A DNA stretch of 64,000 bases from a virus: IMG/VR virus record IMGVR_UViG_3300047089_000113, positions 1-64,000 of that record; one strand, 5' to 3'. Below, one piece after another: positions 10,188-19,807 of the stretch. Position 1 is the stretch's first letter, and every line of letters begins with the position of its first letter. The notes under the pieces were generated by a model. It was given only the letters and a program-made list of their open reading frames with translations, searched no databases and was not told the origin of the DNA. The position numbers were made by a program, and so were the translations under genes.

Positions 10188-11104
10188 GCCGAGCCTCCGA
10201 TTGCCAGCGTGGCGTTGCGCCAGGTGATCACGCAGGTGGCCTGGCCGGTGCTGTCCTGGCCGGTGAATCTCACGACGGTTGACCCCGGCTGCGCCTGCAT
10301 GCTGATCATCGGGCTGCCGGTGAGCAGGCCCGCCACGCTGCTCGTGTTCAGGATGGCCGTCCGAGCCCACGGGCGGGTGTCGATCACCAGCGTGTCCGTG
10401 GCCTTCATGACGCCGTTGTACCCGATCGAGACCGGCGTGTTGACGAAGACCAGGCCGGGGTAGCTGATCGGCCCGGTGATGGTGATCACCGGCCAGGTCG
10501 GCAGCGAGCCGGTGTTGACGATCGCGTTCTGCTGGAAGATGTTGCTGGCGGCGAGCTGGTACGGCGGGGTCAGCGGCGGCGTGATCGTGCCGAAGAAGCT
10601 CGGCCGCTGGGTGAGGTTCAGCACAGTCGGGATGTCGGAGTACCAGATGGTGTCGGCCGCCTGGAACTGGGCGGTGAACGGCACCACGCCCTGGTAGACC
10701 ATGCCGTAGGTGGGCACGATCTTCCGGCCGCGCCCGTAGCAGCGCCGGACCACGTTGCTGCCGGGGTAGTAGCCCCGCAGCACCTGCACCGTGTTGTCCG
10801 TCAGCCGCACACTGGGATCGTTCCAGGCACCCGCCAGCGCCGAGTAGGCGTCCATGGCCAGCGCCCCCTGGGCTGGCGAGGTGAGCGCGTAGCCGGTCTG
10901 GGTGATCACCATGCCGGGCAGCGTGTCGATGCCGAACAGCGTCCCGTCGTGCCCGGTAACCGCCTGGTCCTGGACCACCAGCGAGCCGGTGTCGGTGGCG
11001 GTGTTCTGGATCTGGATCGAGCTGGCCCCGCGCCCGTAGACGTAGCCCGGCCCGCCTTCCCGGCCGATGCTGTACTGGCCCACGGCCAGGGTCGGGTCAG
11101 CCAC
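10184..11104 (-). CDS. Distal tail protein (Dit-like)
   Basis: 306 aa immediately after the TMP; NTGSLPTWPVITITGP motif. Confidence 0.75.
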   Translation of the reverse strand: MADPTLAVGQYSIGREGGPGYVYGRGASSIQIQNTATDTGSLVVQDQAVTGHDGTLFGIDTLPGMVITQTGYALTSPAQGALAMDAYSALAGAWNDPSVRLTDNTVQVLRGYYPGSNVVRRCYGRGRKIVPTYGMVYQGVVPFTAQFQAADTIWYSDIPTVLNLTQRPSFFGTITPPLTPPYQLAASNIFQQNAIVNTGSLPTWPVITITGPISYPGLVFVNTPVSIGYNGVMKATDTLVIDTRPWARTAILNTSSVAGLLTGSPMISMQAQPGSTVVRFTGQDSTGQATCVITWRNATLAIGGSA

Positions 11105-14100
11105 CGGGGAGCACCCCCGCGAAGCCCTGCTGCTGGGCGACCTTCAGCCAGAAGGTCAGCTCAGACAGCGCGCGGGCGACTGTCTGCCCTTCCGGGAGCT
11201 GGATGTGCACGTTCCCTATCATCGCCCCGCCTGACGGACCCCCGCCAGGACCGGCAGGCGATACCCACTCCCGGCCGTTCTCCCCGAACACGTAGCTCTG
11301 CCCCGACATGCCGAAGCCGATCACCGGCTCGTTGATCGGCCCGCCGTCGCCGTACCAGTTGTTGGCCCGGTGGAAGGCCCACGCGCTGTTCGGGTCGTGG
11401 AAGTTCCTGCTCTGGGAGATGTATTTCATCATGAGCTGGAGCTGGGTGTACGGGTTGGAGGTCTTGGTCCCGCCGACCGCCGCCCAGGTGGAGTCAAGGA
11501 ACTGCCCGAGGCCGAACGCGGTGGACGTCGGGTTCTGGGCCAGCGGGTTCCACCCCGCCTCGGACATCTCCAGGGCGTTGAACGACGGCCACTGGCTGCC
11601 CCAGCCGTAGGCGGCGAGCAGCTTCTTGGCGAACGCCTGGATCGGCCCCTTGGCGGCCACGTTCGGCATCCCGCTCTGCTGCTGGCTGGCGAACGACTTC
11701 ACGCCCTTGACCAGGAAGTTCATCGTGTCCTTGATCAGCTTGCCGGGCAGCCCCAGCAGCAGGTTGGCGAGGTCGCCGCCCGCCCCGCCCTTCGTCGCGG
11801 GGAACAGCGCGGACATCGCCCGGCCAGCGCCCCCGGTGTCGCCGTGCGCGAGGTCGATGGCCACCTTGGCGAGGTTCCCCAGCCCGCCGAAGATGTCCTT
11901 CAGGGTGCGGATGATGAAGCCGATGCCTGACGTGCCGCCCTGGATCGGACCCTTGCCGAGGATGCCGCGCGGCCCGCCGAGAGAGCCGATCAGGTCAGAC
12001 GCGGCCTTGCCCCAGGCGGTCGGGTAGAGCCCTGGGTCACCGTGCTTCTGCCCGGCCGCAGCCTGGCCTGCTGCCGCTGCCGCCGTCTTGCCGGTGCCTG
12101 GCGGCGCGGCCCAGCCGACCTCGATACCGGACGGCCCGCCGAGCGCGTCCGCGATGTACTGGCCAGCCGAGACCCCGGCCCCTACGTGAATGCCCCGGTT
12201 GAGCAGCGGCATGATGTCTTCGGCGTAGAACCAGTAGCCGCTGCCGTAGGGCGGGCTGAGCCGCAGCCCGAGGAACGTGCCGCCCGGCCAGCCGCTGTTC
12301 CACAGGTTGGTGATCGTGCCTGAGCCGATCGCGTACAGCGGCCCGGACCCGCCGTAGTCAACGCCCATGTCGATCCGCTCGGGCTTCAGCCCTGGGCCGA
12401 TCGGGTTGACCAGCCCGCCGCTGGCGTAGCCCGGCACGCCGAGAGCGGCCAGCGCCGGGGCCAGGATGCGGGAGTGCAAGGCGGACAGGACGGTCTCATT
12501 GCGGCTGACCCGGACCACCACGTCATCGGCGGTGTCACTGGTGCCTGCCGTGATCTTCCCGCCAGCCGCCAGCCCTTGCAGCGTCTTGATGGCCCCGGCC
12601 AGGGGGTTCTTGCCCAGCACGAAGTTCGTGATGGTGTCGATGCCCTTGAATAGCGGCACGATCGTGGCGTTGGCCACGGTCCTGATCGGCCCGGAGATCT
12701 TGGCCCTGATGAAGTCCCAGGCATTGCCGATCAGCGTTACGGCTGAGCTGAAAGTGTTGGGAAGGGTCTTAGTAAACCAGTTAGATACGGGGGTGATAAA
12801 GTGCTGGCTGATCCAGTTCTTGACGGAGTTAAACCGGTCCCCGATACCGCCGCCCAGCCGGATCAGCGCGCCGATCGTGTTGTTGTAGATGACATCCCAG
12901 GCGTGCGCGATGTCATGGCGGATGCCGTCGAACTTGCTGGCGGTGCTGTGCCGGATGTTGTCGAACCACGCGGCCACGTCGTGCGCGCCGCGCTCGGCCC
13001 GGCCGATCGTGTTGTTCCACACCATGTCCCAGATATGGGCAACCTCGTGCCGCATGCCGTCGAAAATGACCGCAGCCTCGTGCGTGACGGAATTGAACTG
13101 AGTCTCGATGTTGTGCGCGAAACGGATAGCCGCACCGATCGTGTACCCGAACAAGTCATCAAAGATGTGCATGACTTCATGTCGCGCCCCGTCGAAAATG
13201 ACCGCGATCTGGTGCCGCACCGAGTCAAACTGCGTCTCCACGTTGTGGCCGAACCGGATGGCCACGCCGATCGTATATCCGAACATGTCATCGAAGATGT
13301 GCATGGTCTCGTGACGCATGCCATCCCAGATGTTCGCGGCCTCGTGGCGGATCATGTCGAAAATGTGGGCGATCTGGTGGTGGAACTGGGTGACCAGCCC
13401 GGTGACCAGGCCGATAGCCGCTCCCGCCGCGATCCCCCACGGGCCGAACATCGCCCCGGCCGCCGCGCCGGATGCCACGTCTACCCCGACCTGGCCCCAC
13501 TTCTGGCCGGTAGTGCCCGGCCTCGTGGTCGCGCCGACGATGGCCGAACCACCGGCAAAGACGCCTGCGCCGAGAGCCGCCCCGCCGACACCCTTGCCTG
13601 CGAGACTTCCCAGCCTGCTCAGCCGCCCGCCCTTGCCTGCCGCACCCGCAGCACCGCCCGCCGCGCCCGCCGCGCCGCCCTCGGTCGCGGCACCGACCAT
13701 CGTGTCAGCGGCGATCTGCATCTTCGTGGAGGCGGTCACCATCGTGTCGGCGGCGGTCTGCATCGGGGTCGAGCCGCCGATGTTGATCGCGCCGCCGGTC
13801 ATCCACTTCAGCAGCGCCGCGCCGCCCTTGCCGACCAGGTTCACCGCGAAGCTGATGACCTTGGTCCCGCCGGGCAGCTTGGCCAGGATCAGCGCCGCCC
13901 CGGCAATCGCGGCCAGCGGCCCGGCTACCCCCGGCGGCAGCTTGGCGACCAGGTTCAGGAAGGTGGTGAGGACTTGCAGCTCAATCAGGCCCCCGGAGGT
14001 CAGCCCCGGTGCCAGCGCCTTCAGCGCCCCGCCGATGGACTCGATGAACCGGCCGACCGTGGGTCCGTTCTCCTTGAACCACTTCAGGAAGTTGGCGACG

Positions 14101-15116
14101 TCGGTGCGGGCCTTGCCCGAGACCGCCCACGCCTCGAACTTGTCGGCCAGGTGGCCGACGCCGCGCGCAGCGCCCTCGATCAGCGGGGCGAACAGGGGCA
14201 GCAGGACCATCAGCCCGTGCAGGACAGCCAGGATCGACCGCCCGGCCTCACCGACCACCAGTGACCCGGTGCCCGCGATGAAGTTGCGGAATCCGGTGAA
14301 GGCCGGGGAGTTGACCAGCACGTCGAACTGCTTGCCGAGCGAGCCGATCACCCCGGAGACCGCGACGACGATCGGGTGCAGCTTGGTCATCATGGACGTG
14401 ATCGCGGACAGCCACGGGGTCAGCGCCCCGGCCACCACCGGGGTCTCGGCCTTCTTGACCTTCTCCCAGTTCTCGGCCATCTTCCCGAGCTGCTGCGACA
14501 GAGCCCGCTGGGCCGGGGACATATCCGTGTACGCCTTGGCGATGGCCTGCTGCTGAGCCGCGTACGCCTTGGACGGGGAGACGCCGTTGGCGATGGCCTG
14601 GTTGTAGGCGTCCTGGGCCTTCTGTACCGCCTGCTCGGCCTTCAGCGCGTCGGATAGGACCGGCTTGGCGATGGCCCCGAACGCGGCCAGCGCCCCGCCA
14701 GCGGCGGCGAACGCGCCAGCCCCGGCGATCCCCGCACCCAGGCCGACGCCGCCCAGGACAGCGGCAGCCGGGATAGCCGCCAGCCCGGCTCCGATGAGCG
14801 GGCTGACGCCCTTCATGCTGGTGGCGACCCGGCCCCCGGCGCTCTTGGGGTTGAACAGGCCGGACAGCGAGCCGAGCACCGAGCCCTGCGGCGAGTTACG
14901 CGCCCGCTGCGTTGCTTCCCGCGTGATCTGCTGGTCGAACCGGGAGAACTGCTGGCGGGCCTCGTTGAACGCGGAGCTGTCCAGCACCGGGACGATCTTG
15001 ACCTCGTGCTTGGCGTCCTCGAACCGCTTGACCCTGGCCTCGGCCTCGGTCAGCTTGCGGTCGAACTCGGTCAGCGTGACGTCGAGATGAGCCTGGATGG
15101 CACCGGCATCAAACAC
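11097..15116 (-). CDS. Tape measure protein with C-terminal M23-like and lytic transglycosylase domains
   Basis: 1339 aa, Ala/Gly-rich helical protein with 11-aa F/W-periodic repeats. C-terminal SEAGWNPLAQNPTSTAFGLGQFL (SLT-like). Follows the tail chaperones. Confidence 0.92.
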   Translation of the reverse strand: MFDAGAIQAHLDVTLTEFDRKLTEAEARVKRFEDAKHEVKIVPVLDSSAFNEARQQFSRFDQQITREATQRARNSPQGSVLGSLSGLFNPKSAGGRVATSMKGVSPLIGAGLAAIPAAAVLGGVGLGAGIAGAGAFAAAGGALAAFGAIAKPVLSDALKAEQAVQKAQDAYNQAIANGVSPSKAYAAQQQAIAKAYTDMSPAQRALSQQLGKMAENWEKVKKAETPVVAGALTPWLSAITSMMTKLHPIVVAVSGVIGSLGKQFDVLVNSPAFTGFRNFIAGTGSLVVGEAGRSILAVLHGLMVLLPLFAPLIEGAARGVGHLADKFEAWAVSGKARTDVANFLKWFKENGPTVGRFIESIGGALKALAPGLTSGGLIELQVLTTFLNLVAKLPPGVAGPLAAIAGAALILAKLPGGTKVISFAVNLVGKGGAALLKWMTGGAINIGGSTPMQTAADTMVTASTKMQIAADTMVGAATEGGAAGAAGGAAGAAGKGGRLSRLGSLAGKGVGGAALGAGVFAGGSAIVGATTRPGTTGQKWGQVGVDVASGAAAGAMFGPWGIAAGAAIGLVTGLVTQFHHQIAHIFDMIRHEAANIWDGMRHETMHIFDDMFGYTIGVAIRFGHNVETQFDSVRHQIAVIFDGARHEVMHIFDDLFGYTIGAAIRFAHNIETQFNSVTHEAAVIFDGMRHEVAHIWDMVWNNTIGRAERGAHDVAAWFDNIRHSTASKFDGIRHDIAHAWDVIYNNTIGALIRLGGGIGDRFNSVKNWISQHFITPVSNWFTKTLPNTFSSAVTLIGNAWDFIRAKISGPIRTVANATIVPLFKGIDTITNFVLGKNPLAGAIKTLQGLAAGGKITAGTSDTADDVVVRVSRNETVLSALHSRILAPALAALGVPGYASGGLVNPIGPGLKPERIDMGVDYGGSGPLYAIGSGTITNLWNSGWPGGTFLGLRLSPPYGSGYWFYAEDIMPLLNRGIHVGAGVSAGQYIADALGGPSGIEVGWAAPPGTGKTAAAAAGQAAAGQKHGDPGLYPTAWGKAASDLIGSLGGPRGILGKGPIQGGTSGIGFIIRTLKDIFGGLGNLAKVAIDLAHGDTGGAGRAMSALFPATKGGAGGDLANLLLGLPGKLIKDTMNFLVKGVKSFASQQQSGMPNVAAKGPIQAFAKKLLAAYGWGSQWPSFNALEMSEAGWNPLAQNPTSTAFGLGQFLDSTWAAVGGTKTSNPYTQLQLMMKYISQSRNFHDPNSAWAFHRANNWYGDGGPINEPVIGFGMSGQSYVFGENGREWVSPAGPGGGPSGGAMIGNVHIQLPEGQTVARALSELTFWLKVAQQQGFAGVLPGG

Positions 15117-15460
15117 CAGGCTCGCCTCCCTCTTGCTGCCGCCTGGCCCGGTCTGCCTCCAGCTCGGCCCGGAACGCCGTCAGGTCGAACACTCTCTGTC
15201 CCATGTCCACGTTCTCGCGGATCTGCGGCCCGGACACTCCGGGAGTCAGCTCGCCAGCCTCGGGCTCCCTCCAGGTGAACGGGACTGTCTCGTCTTCAGC
15301 CAGCCCTTGCAGGTAGGTCTTCTGTATGTCCCAGGACAGCTCGTCCCATTGGCCCGGAAGCAGGTCCAGGTAGCGCTTGACGGTGTAGAGGATTACCCTG
15401 CGCGCCCGACTGGCAGGCTCCTGACCTCCGCGTTCCCACCTGGACTCACGGGTTCCGGGG
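15109..15460 (-). CDS. Tail assembly chaperone, -1 frame extension (gpGT-like)
   Basis: Open -1 frame with no convincing start of its own (…VILYTVKRYLDLLPGQWDELSWDIQKTYLQGL…GV*). It fills the gap between the chaperone and the TMP. Confidence 0.7.
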
Positions 15461-15827
15461 ACATCACTTCCTGCTGGAGCCAGGAGAAGAAGATGTTGCG
15501 GACCCGCATCGGGAGCTGATGGATGCTCTCAGCGGTCGGCGTGCCCGAGCACAGCCTGGAGTAGACCTCGCACATCTTGCCCATCTGCTTGATGGCGACC
15601 TCGGGGTCCGTGTCCTCCAGCGCGGCCATGATGTCCACCGGGTCGCTGTCCTCGCTGATGCCCTCGGTCACCGAGTCCCGAGCTTCCTTGATCACGTCCT
15701 TCAGGCCGGTGAAGAACTCCGCGATCTGGGTGTCGGTGGGCTCGGGGATGGTCCCCTTCGCGGCCACGTACGGGTTGAAATCCCAGTCCAGCGCCTCGAC
15801 TACGCCCTGCGCCTTGAAAGCTGGCAT
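15393..15827 (-). CDS. Tail assembly chaperone (gpG-like)
   Basis: 144 aa acidic protein between the major tail protein and the TMP; AGGAGG RBS. Confidence 0.8.
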   Translation of the reverse strand: MPAFKAQGVVEALDWDFNPYVAAKGTIPEPTDTQIAEFFTGLKDVIKEARDSVTEGISEDSDPVDIMAALEDTDPEVAIKQMGKMCEVYSRLCSGTPTAESIHQLPMRVRNIFFSWLQQEVMSPEPVSPGGNAEVRSLPVGRAG

Positions 15828-15838
15828 GCATCGACCTC

Positions 15839-16447
15839 CTAGCTCGTGGCGATGGCCGTGAGGTCAGTCCACGTGATCTGGTTGAACGCGCAGATGGTGT
15901 TCAGCGTCAGCGGGTACAGCCGCTGCTGCGCCGCCCGCCGGTAGGCCGTCTGCACCTGGCCCGCGCTCATCACCTGCGGGATGTTCAGCACCCGCGCGTA
16001 GCCGAGCTGGTTGCGGCCGACCAGCGCGCAGGCCATCGCCTGGAAGTTGGTGCTCAGCGTCAGCACCGACTTGCCGGGCTGGCCCGCTCCCGCCGGGGTG
16101 ACCGCGATCGAGCCGCCGTTGCCCCAGGCCAGGTTGACGTTGAACAGCGTTTCCTCGGACAGCGAGCAGGTCACCTGGAGCGTGGCCGTGCTGACCACCG
16201 TGGCGATCGGAGTCGGCTGTTCCTCGATGTTCAGGTCTTGCGTGCTCGGGTTGAAGGTGACCGTCACGCCAGCCTCGGTGGCCCCGACGTAGGCCCAGCC
16301 GAGCCCGGTCCAGGCCGAGGCCACGCCCAGGTTCTGGTCGCTCGGCATGGCTGTGCCGACCGTCGCGGTGAACAAGATCCCGACGCCGTACAGGACGTTG
16401 GTCGTCGTGTAGTTCGGCGCAGAGTAGACAAGCGGAGGCCCGGCCAT
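15839..16447 (-). CDS. Major tail (tube) protein
   Basis: 202 aa with the W.YVGATEAGV and SLSEETL.N motifs of actinophage tail tubes; expected synteny. Confidence 0.85.
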   Translation of the reverse strand: MAGPPLVYSAPNYTTTNVLYGVGILFTATVGTAMPSDQNLGVASAWTGLGWAYVGATEAGVTVTFNPSTQDLNIEEQPTPIATVVSTATLQVTCSLSEETLFNVNLAWGNGGSIAVTPAGAGQPGKSVLTLSTNFQAMACALVGRNQLGYARVLNIPQVMSAGQVQTAYRRAAQQRLYPLTLNTICAFNQITWTDLTAIATS

Positions 16448-16450
16448 GGC

Positions 16451-16786
16451 TTAGCCTTCTTCCTGCGTCAAGGTGACGCCCGAGTTGGCCGCGCCCTCCA
16501 TCAGGGCAGCGACGGAGCTGGATGGGACATCGGTGTACTCGGTGCCCACGACGATATGGCCAAGCACGAAGGCGACGTGCGGGTCCTCGACCTTCATCTT
16601 CACCGTGGCACCCGACCTGGCTGCGGCCCGCAGCTCGGCAAGCTGGCTCTCCAGGTCAGCCACCTGGGTTGACAGATCCTCCGCTGGCGCTGCCGGTGCA
16701 GGCGCTGCCGGTGCAGTCATGTCCGGTACAGGCGCATCCGGGTCAGCCGGAATAGCGGGGATGACCTCTGTCGGCGCATCTGCCAT
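16451..16786 (-). CDS. Hypothetical protein (tail module)
   Basis: 111 aa, GAGGA RBS, Pro/Ala-rich N-terminus plus short coiled coil. Confidence 0.6.
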   Translation of the reverse strand: MADAPTEVIPAIPADPDAPVPDMTAPAAPAPAAPAEDLSTQVADLESQLAELRAAARSGATVKMKVEDPHVAFVLGHIVVGTEYTDVPSSSVAALMEGAANSGVTLTQEEG

Positions 16787-16799
16787 CAGTTTCTTCCTC

Positions 16800-17282
16800 T
16801 CACGGCTGGACCGGGATGAGCGAGTAGGCGCGCAGCGCTAGCGTGGTCGTCGTGGTGAAGTCCACGACCACGCAGCCCTGCGCGGCGGTGGTGAGCGCCT
16901 GGGTGTTGATCGCGCCCGCGTAGGTGACCTGCGCCGGGGCCTGCTGGTTGTAGGTGAGCGGCGACCACGGCCCCAGCCAGCCCACGGTGTTGGCCGCGAT
17001 CGTCCCGGCGATGGCAGTACCGGCGGCGACCTGGCCGGTGTTGCCGATCAGGTCCCCGACGAGCACCTGGAACGCGCCAGCGGGGGTGGCCCCGCAGGCG
17101 AAGCCGAGGATGACCTGGCCGTTGTTCGGGACCTGCACGCCGAGCTGGCCAGCCCACGCGGTGATCGCGCTCGGGCTGCCCAGGTCGTAGCCGGGCGTGG
17201 TGGCGACGATGAACAGGCCCGGCCCGGACGGGTTGAGGTTCAGCGGAATCGGCTGAAGGGTAACGCGGGGTCCGGCAGGCAT
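16800..17282 (-). CDS. Putative structural protein
   Basis: 160 aa beta-rich protein in the head-tail module. Confidence 0.6.
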   Translation of the reverse strand: MPAGPRVTLQPIPLNLNPSGPGLFIVATTPGYDLGSPSAITAWAGQLGVQVPNNGQVILGFACGATPAGAFQVLVGDLIGNTGQVAAGTAIAGTIAANTVGWLGPWSPLTYNQQAPAQVTYAGAINTQALTTAAQGCVVVDFTTTTTLALRAYSLIPVQP

Positions 17283-17283
17283 C

Positions 17284-17706
17284 TCACACTCCAGCTATCA
17301 CGATGTAGGAACAGGTGAACTCATGCCGCAGGTCATTCGGGTCGAGCGGCAGCGGCGTCGGCGGGCTCCCGGCCCGGTTCGCGGCCAGCACCCGCACGCC
17401 GTCCACGGTCAGCGGGTACGGCGCTCCCAGCAGCATCTGGTCCAGCCGCAGTGCCATGATCTCGGGCTCGTAGGGCTCATCGGTGGGTCCGCGCACGCGG
17501 GCCTGGAAGGACCAGGCGTCGGTGGCCGCTTCCTCGGTGGTGAAGCCCGGCCCGCCGGTAGCGGTGATGAACACCGCCCGGTCAGGCTCGGTCAGGATCT
17601 CGATGCCGGGATACAGCGGGTAACCCAGCTCCTGCGCCCCGTCCCAGCCCATGGCAGTGAGCAGGTCGATCACGACCTTGGTCATGGCGACAGTCGGCGT
17701 GCTCAT
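17284..17706 (-). CDS. Tail terminator / minor capsid-type protein
   Basis: Start moved to MSTPTVAM. PDRAVFIT..GGPG, FQARVRG and RHEFTCSY motifs. Confidence 0.75.
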   Translation of the reverse strand: MSTPTVAMTKVVIDLLTAMGWDGAQELGYPLYPGIEILTEPDRAVFITATGGPGFTTEEAATDAWSFQARVRGPTDEPYEPEIMALRLDQMLLGAPYPLTVDGVRVLAANRAGSPPTPLPLDPNDLRHEFTCSYIVIAGV

Positions 17707-18209
17707 CCGCGCCTCCCGCCCAGGTGCGGCGGCGGCTCCTGCTTGTGCATCACGTGCCACCAGATCCAGCCGATCAGCTCGGGCGGCAGGTGCCGCAGCC
17801 GGGCCTTGATCCGCAGCTCGCCCTCGGTCAGCCGGTGCTGCTTGGGCTGCCGGTCGTAGACCTGGCGCTGCCCGGAGTAGACCTCGGGGTGCCCGGAGCG
17901 CCGCAGGTCAGCGAACTCCACGGGTGCCTCGATCTCCACCCGGTAGCTCAGGTGGTTCATCGCCTGGGCCATCGCGTCCTGGCCGCCGTTGTCCAGCACC
18001 TCGCGGGCGTAGCCGCCCAGGTACCCGTTGTAGTACTCGTACAGCGGGGACTGGAGGTAGAGCGCGTGCCCGCCGCGCGGGTGCCGGAACTCCAGGTGCT
18101 CGTGCTGGTAGTGGGCGTAGATCTGGTCCACGGTGACCTGCCCGCGCAGCGTATGCGGAGCGCCGGTCATCCGGCGAAGCTCCGCTATCCGCGCGCTGAA
18201 GGTCTCCAT
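17703..18209 (-). CDS. Head-tail joining protein (HK97 gp10-like)
   Basis: Start METFSAR. YAHYQHE.LEFRHPRGG.A.YL and APVEFADLRRS motifs. Confidence 0.65.
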   Translation of the reverse strand: METFSARIAELRRMTGAPHTLRGQVTVDQIYAHYQHEHLEFRHPRGGHALYLQSPLYEYYNGYLGGYAREVLDNGGQDAMAQAMNHLSYRVEIEAPVEFADLRRSGHPEVYSGQRQVYDRQPKQHRLTEGELRIKARLRHLPPELIGWIWWHVMHKQEPPPHLGGRRG

Positions 18210-18210
18210 G

Positions 18211-18753
18211 TCACCCCTGGCTGCTGCTCCAGCCCATGGCCCGAGGCGACCACAGACCGGCTGGCACATCGACTTCTAGCTGGTTGTTCACGACCCGCGT
18301 GTTGCTGTCTTCCCCGGTGAAGATGTTCGGGATGCGATTGATGGGATGCGAGGTCTCGCTTGGCCCGACACCGCTCCCGGCCACCATGACGTCCAGGTCG
18401 ATCTTGTTCTCGCGGACGTCGTTGAGCATCTGCTGGGCGCTCTGGTAGGCCACGAACACCGGATGGTCGGCGGCCATGACCTTGCCCTTGAGGTAGGTCC
18501 GCCAGGCGAAGAACGCGGCCAGGTCGAGCGTGAGGTCATGGAAGACCGGCGGCGGGGTGGCCGCCGCCGTGCTGCCGTCGTAGATGCCGCCGCCGTAGAC
18601 GCTGACCCGGTTGGACGCCGAGTACAGGCACAGCGACAGTTGATCGTCGCTGAGCTGGGCTGGCGTGCCGGTCCCGGAATCAGTACCGCTCACCCACTCC
18701 TTCAGGTCATTGACCGAGGCGTAGAGCGGCCCGGTGGGCAGGGGAGTAGTCAT
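18211..18753 (-). CDS. Head-tail adaptor (Mu gp36-like)
   Basis: 180 aa with the YASV.DL…AS..V..Y…LTLDLA…Y..A..ML pattern. Confidence 0.7.
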   Translation of the reverse strand: MTTPLPTGPLYASVNDLKEWVSGTDSGTGTPAQLSDDQLSLCLYSASNRVSVYGGGIYDGSTAAATPPPVFHDLTLDLAAFFAWRTYLKGKVMAADHPVFVAYQSAQQMLNDVRENKIDLDVMVAGSGVGPSETSHPINRIPNIFTGEDSNTRVVNNQLEVDVPAGLWSPRAMGWSSSQG

Positions 18754-18950
18754 GGCACCGACCAGGCCAGGAAGAACGCCGAGAGGCCGCCAGCTCCCCA
18801 GGCCCAGCCCATGTCAGCGCCGCCGTGCAGGATGCGGGAGAACTCCAGCGCGGCGATGAACAGGCAGACGGCGGCGACCAGGCACAGCAGCCGGAACACG
18901 AACCACGGCGACCGGCCGGTGTAGGCGGGAGCGGGAGCGGGTGCGGTCAC
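18750..18950 (-). CDS. Small membrane protein (2 TM)
   Basis: 66 aa, two hydrophobic segments, overlaps both neighbours. Confidence 0.6.
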   Translation of the reverse strand: MTAPAPAPAYTGRSPWFVFRLLCLVAAVCLFIAALEFSRILHGGADMGWAWGAGGLSAFFLAWSVP

Positions 18951-19168
18951 AGGTTGCCGCCTCCCGAGTCCCCTACGGGCTCTGTGTCGCCGGACACTAC
19001 CTGGGCGCTGGTCGGCCCGAGCGCGACCAGGTTGCCAGCGCCGCCGTAGGCCGCCTCCAGGGGTCCGCCGGGCGGGATGTCCACGATGGTGCCTCGCCTG
19101 ACGAGGGTCGAGACGAGATCCCAGGCCACGATGACGTCATTGGCGACAATGCGCGGGCTGGCGGCCAT
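18947..19168 (-). CDS. Small GAGN-motif virion protein
   Basis: MAASPRIVAND… (73 aa); its ATG overlaps the upstream stop (TGATG). Confidence 0.6.
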   Translation of the reverse strand: MAASPRIVANDVIVAWDLVSTLVRRGTIVDIPPGGPLEAAYGGAGNLVALGPTSAQVVSGDTEPVGDSGGGNL

Positions 19169-19527
19169 CAGTTGCACACCCCCACGCCCCAGCCGGTGAA
19201 GCCGGACAGGGAATGCGCCGCGTACGGCATCGCGGTGATCGGGCTGTATCCAGGCCCCGAGGCACCGGAGTTGTAGGCCGAGTAGCCGGGCGTGTAGCTG
19301 GTGGCGATCGGCGCGGTCCAGGTCCAGGTGGGCGCGACCGTATAGGTCATCGAGATGGTGCCGCCGGGCGGCAGCGAGTAGTTGCCCGCGCCCGCGCCAG
19401 CGGTCACCCCGTTGATGCTCACGTTGGTCATAGTGCCGCCGACGATGGCGACCGAGACATACTGGCCGGTGGTGTTGGTCACCACGACCGTGGTGAGCGG
19501 GACCGCAGGTGTCGAGACAGCCATCAT
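19168..19527 (-). CDS. Small beta-rich structural protein
   Basis: 119 aa, AGGAGG RBS, normal codon bias. Confidence 0.65.
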   Translation of the reverse strand: MMAVSTPAVPLTTVVVTNTTGQYVSVAIVGGTMTNVSINGVTAGAGAGNYSLPPGGTISMTYTVAPTWTWTAPIATSYTPGYSAYNSGASGPGYSPITAMPYAAHSLSGFTGWGVGVCN

Positions 19528-19533
19528 GCCCTC

Positions 19534-19807
19534 CTAAATTCCCGAGCGCGGCGTGGCCAACATCGTCCTGGCCCTGCACGTAGGCTCGCAGGTTCCCGGC
19601 CCCGATCGCGGTGTACAGCGGGCTCGCCGGGTCGAGCACGATCGCCGTGTTCTTGACGAAAGTCGCCGGGTACAGCGGGCCTCCGGTGGTGCTGGCGTTG
19701 CCGAAGCCAGCCGCGCCGCCGGTTCCGGGCTCCCCGGCGACCAGCGTGGAGGCCGTGCCTGGGGCAACCGTCACGGTGGCGGTCAGGACGTACTTGTTCA
19801 GCGCCAT
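19534..19807 (-). CDS. Small GAGN-motif virion protein (~90 aa; expected stop is out of frame)
   Basis: MALNKYVLTATV…GHAALGN. The TAG at 19534-19536 is in the +1 frame, so the ORF formally continues to 18947. Confidence 0.55.
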
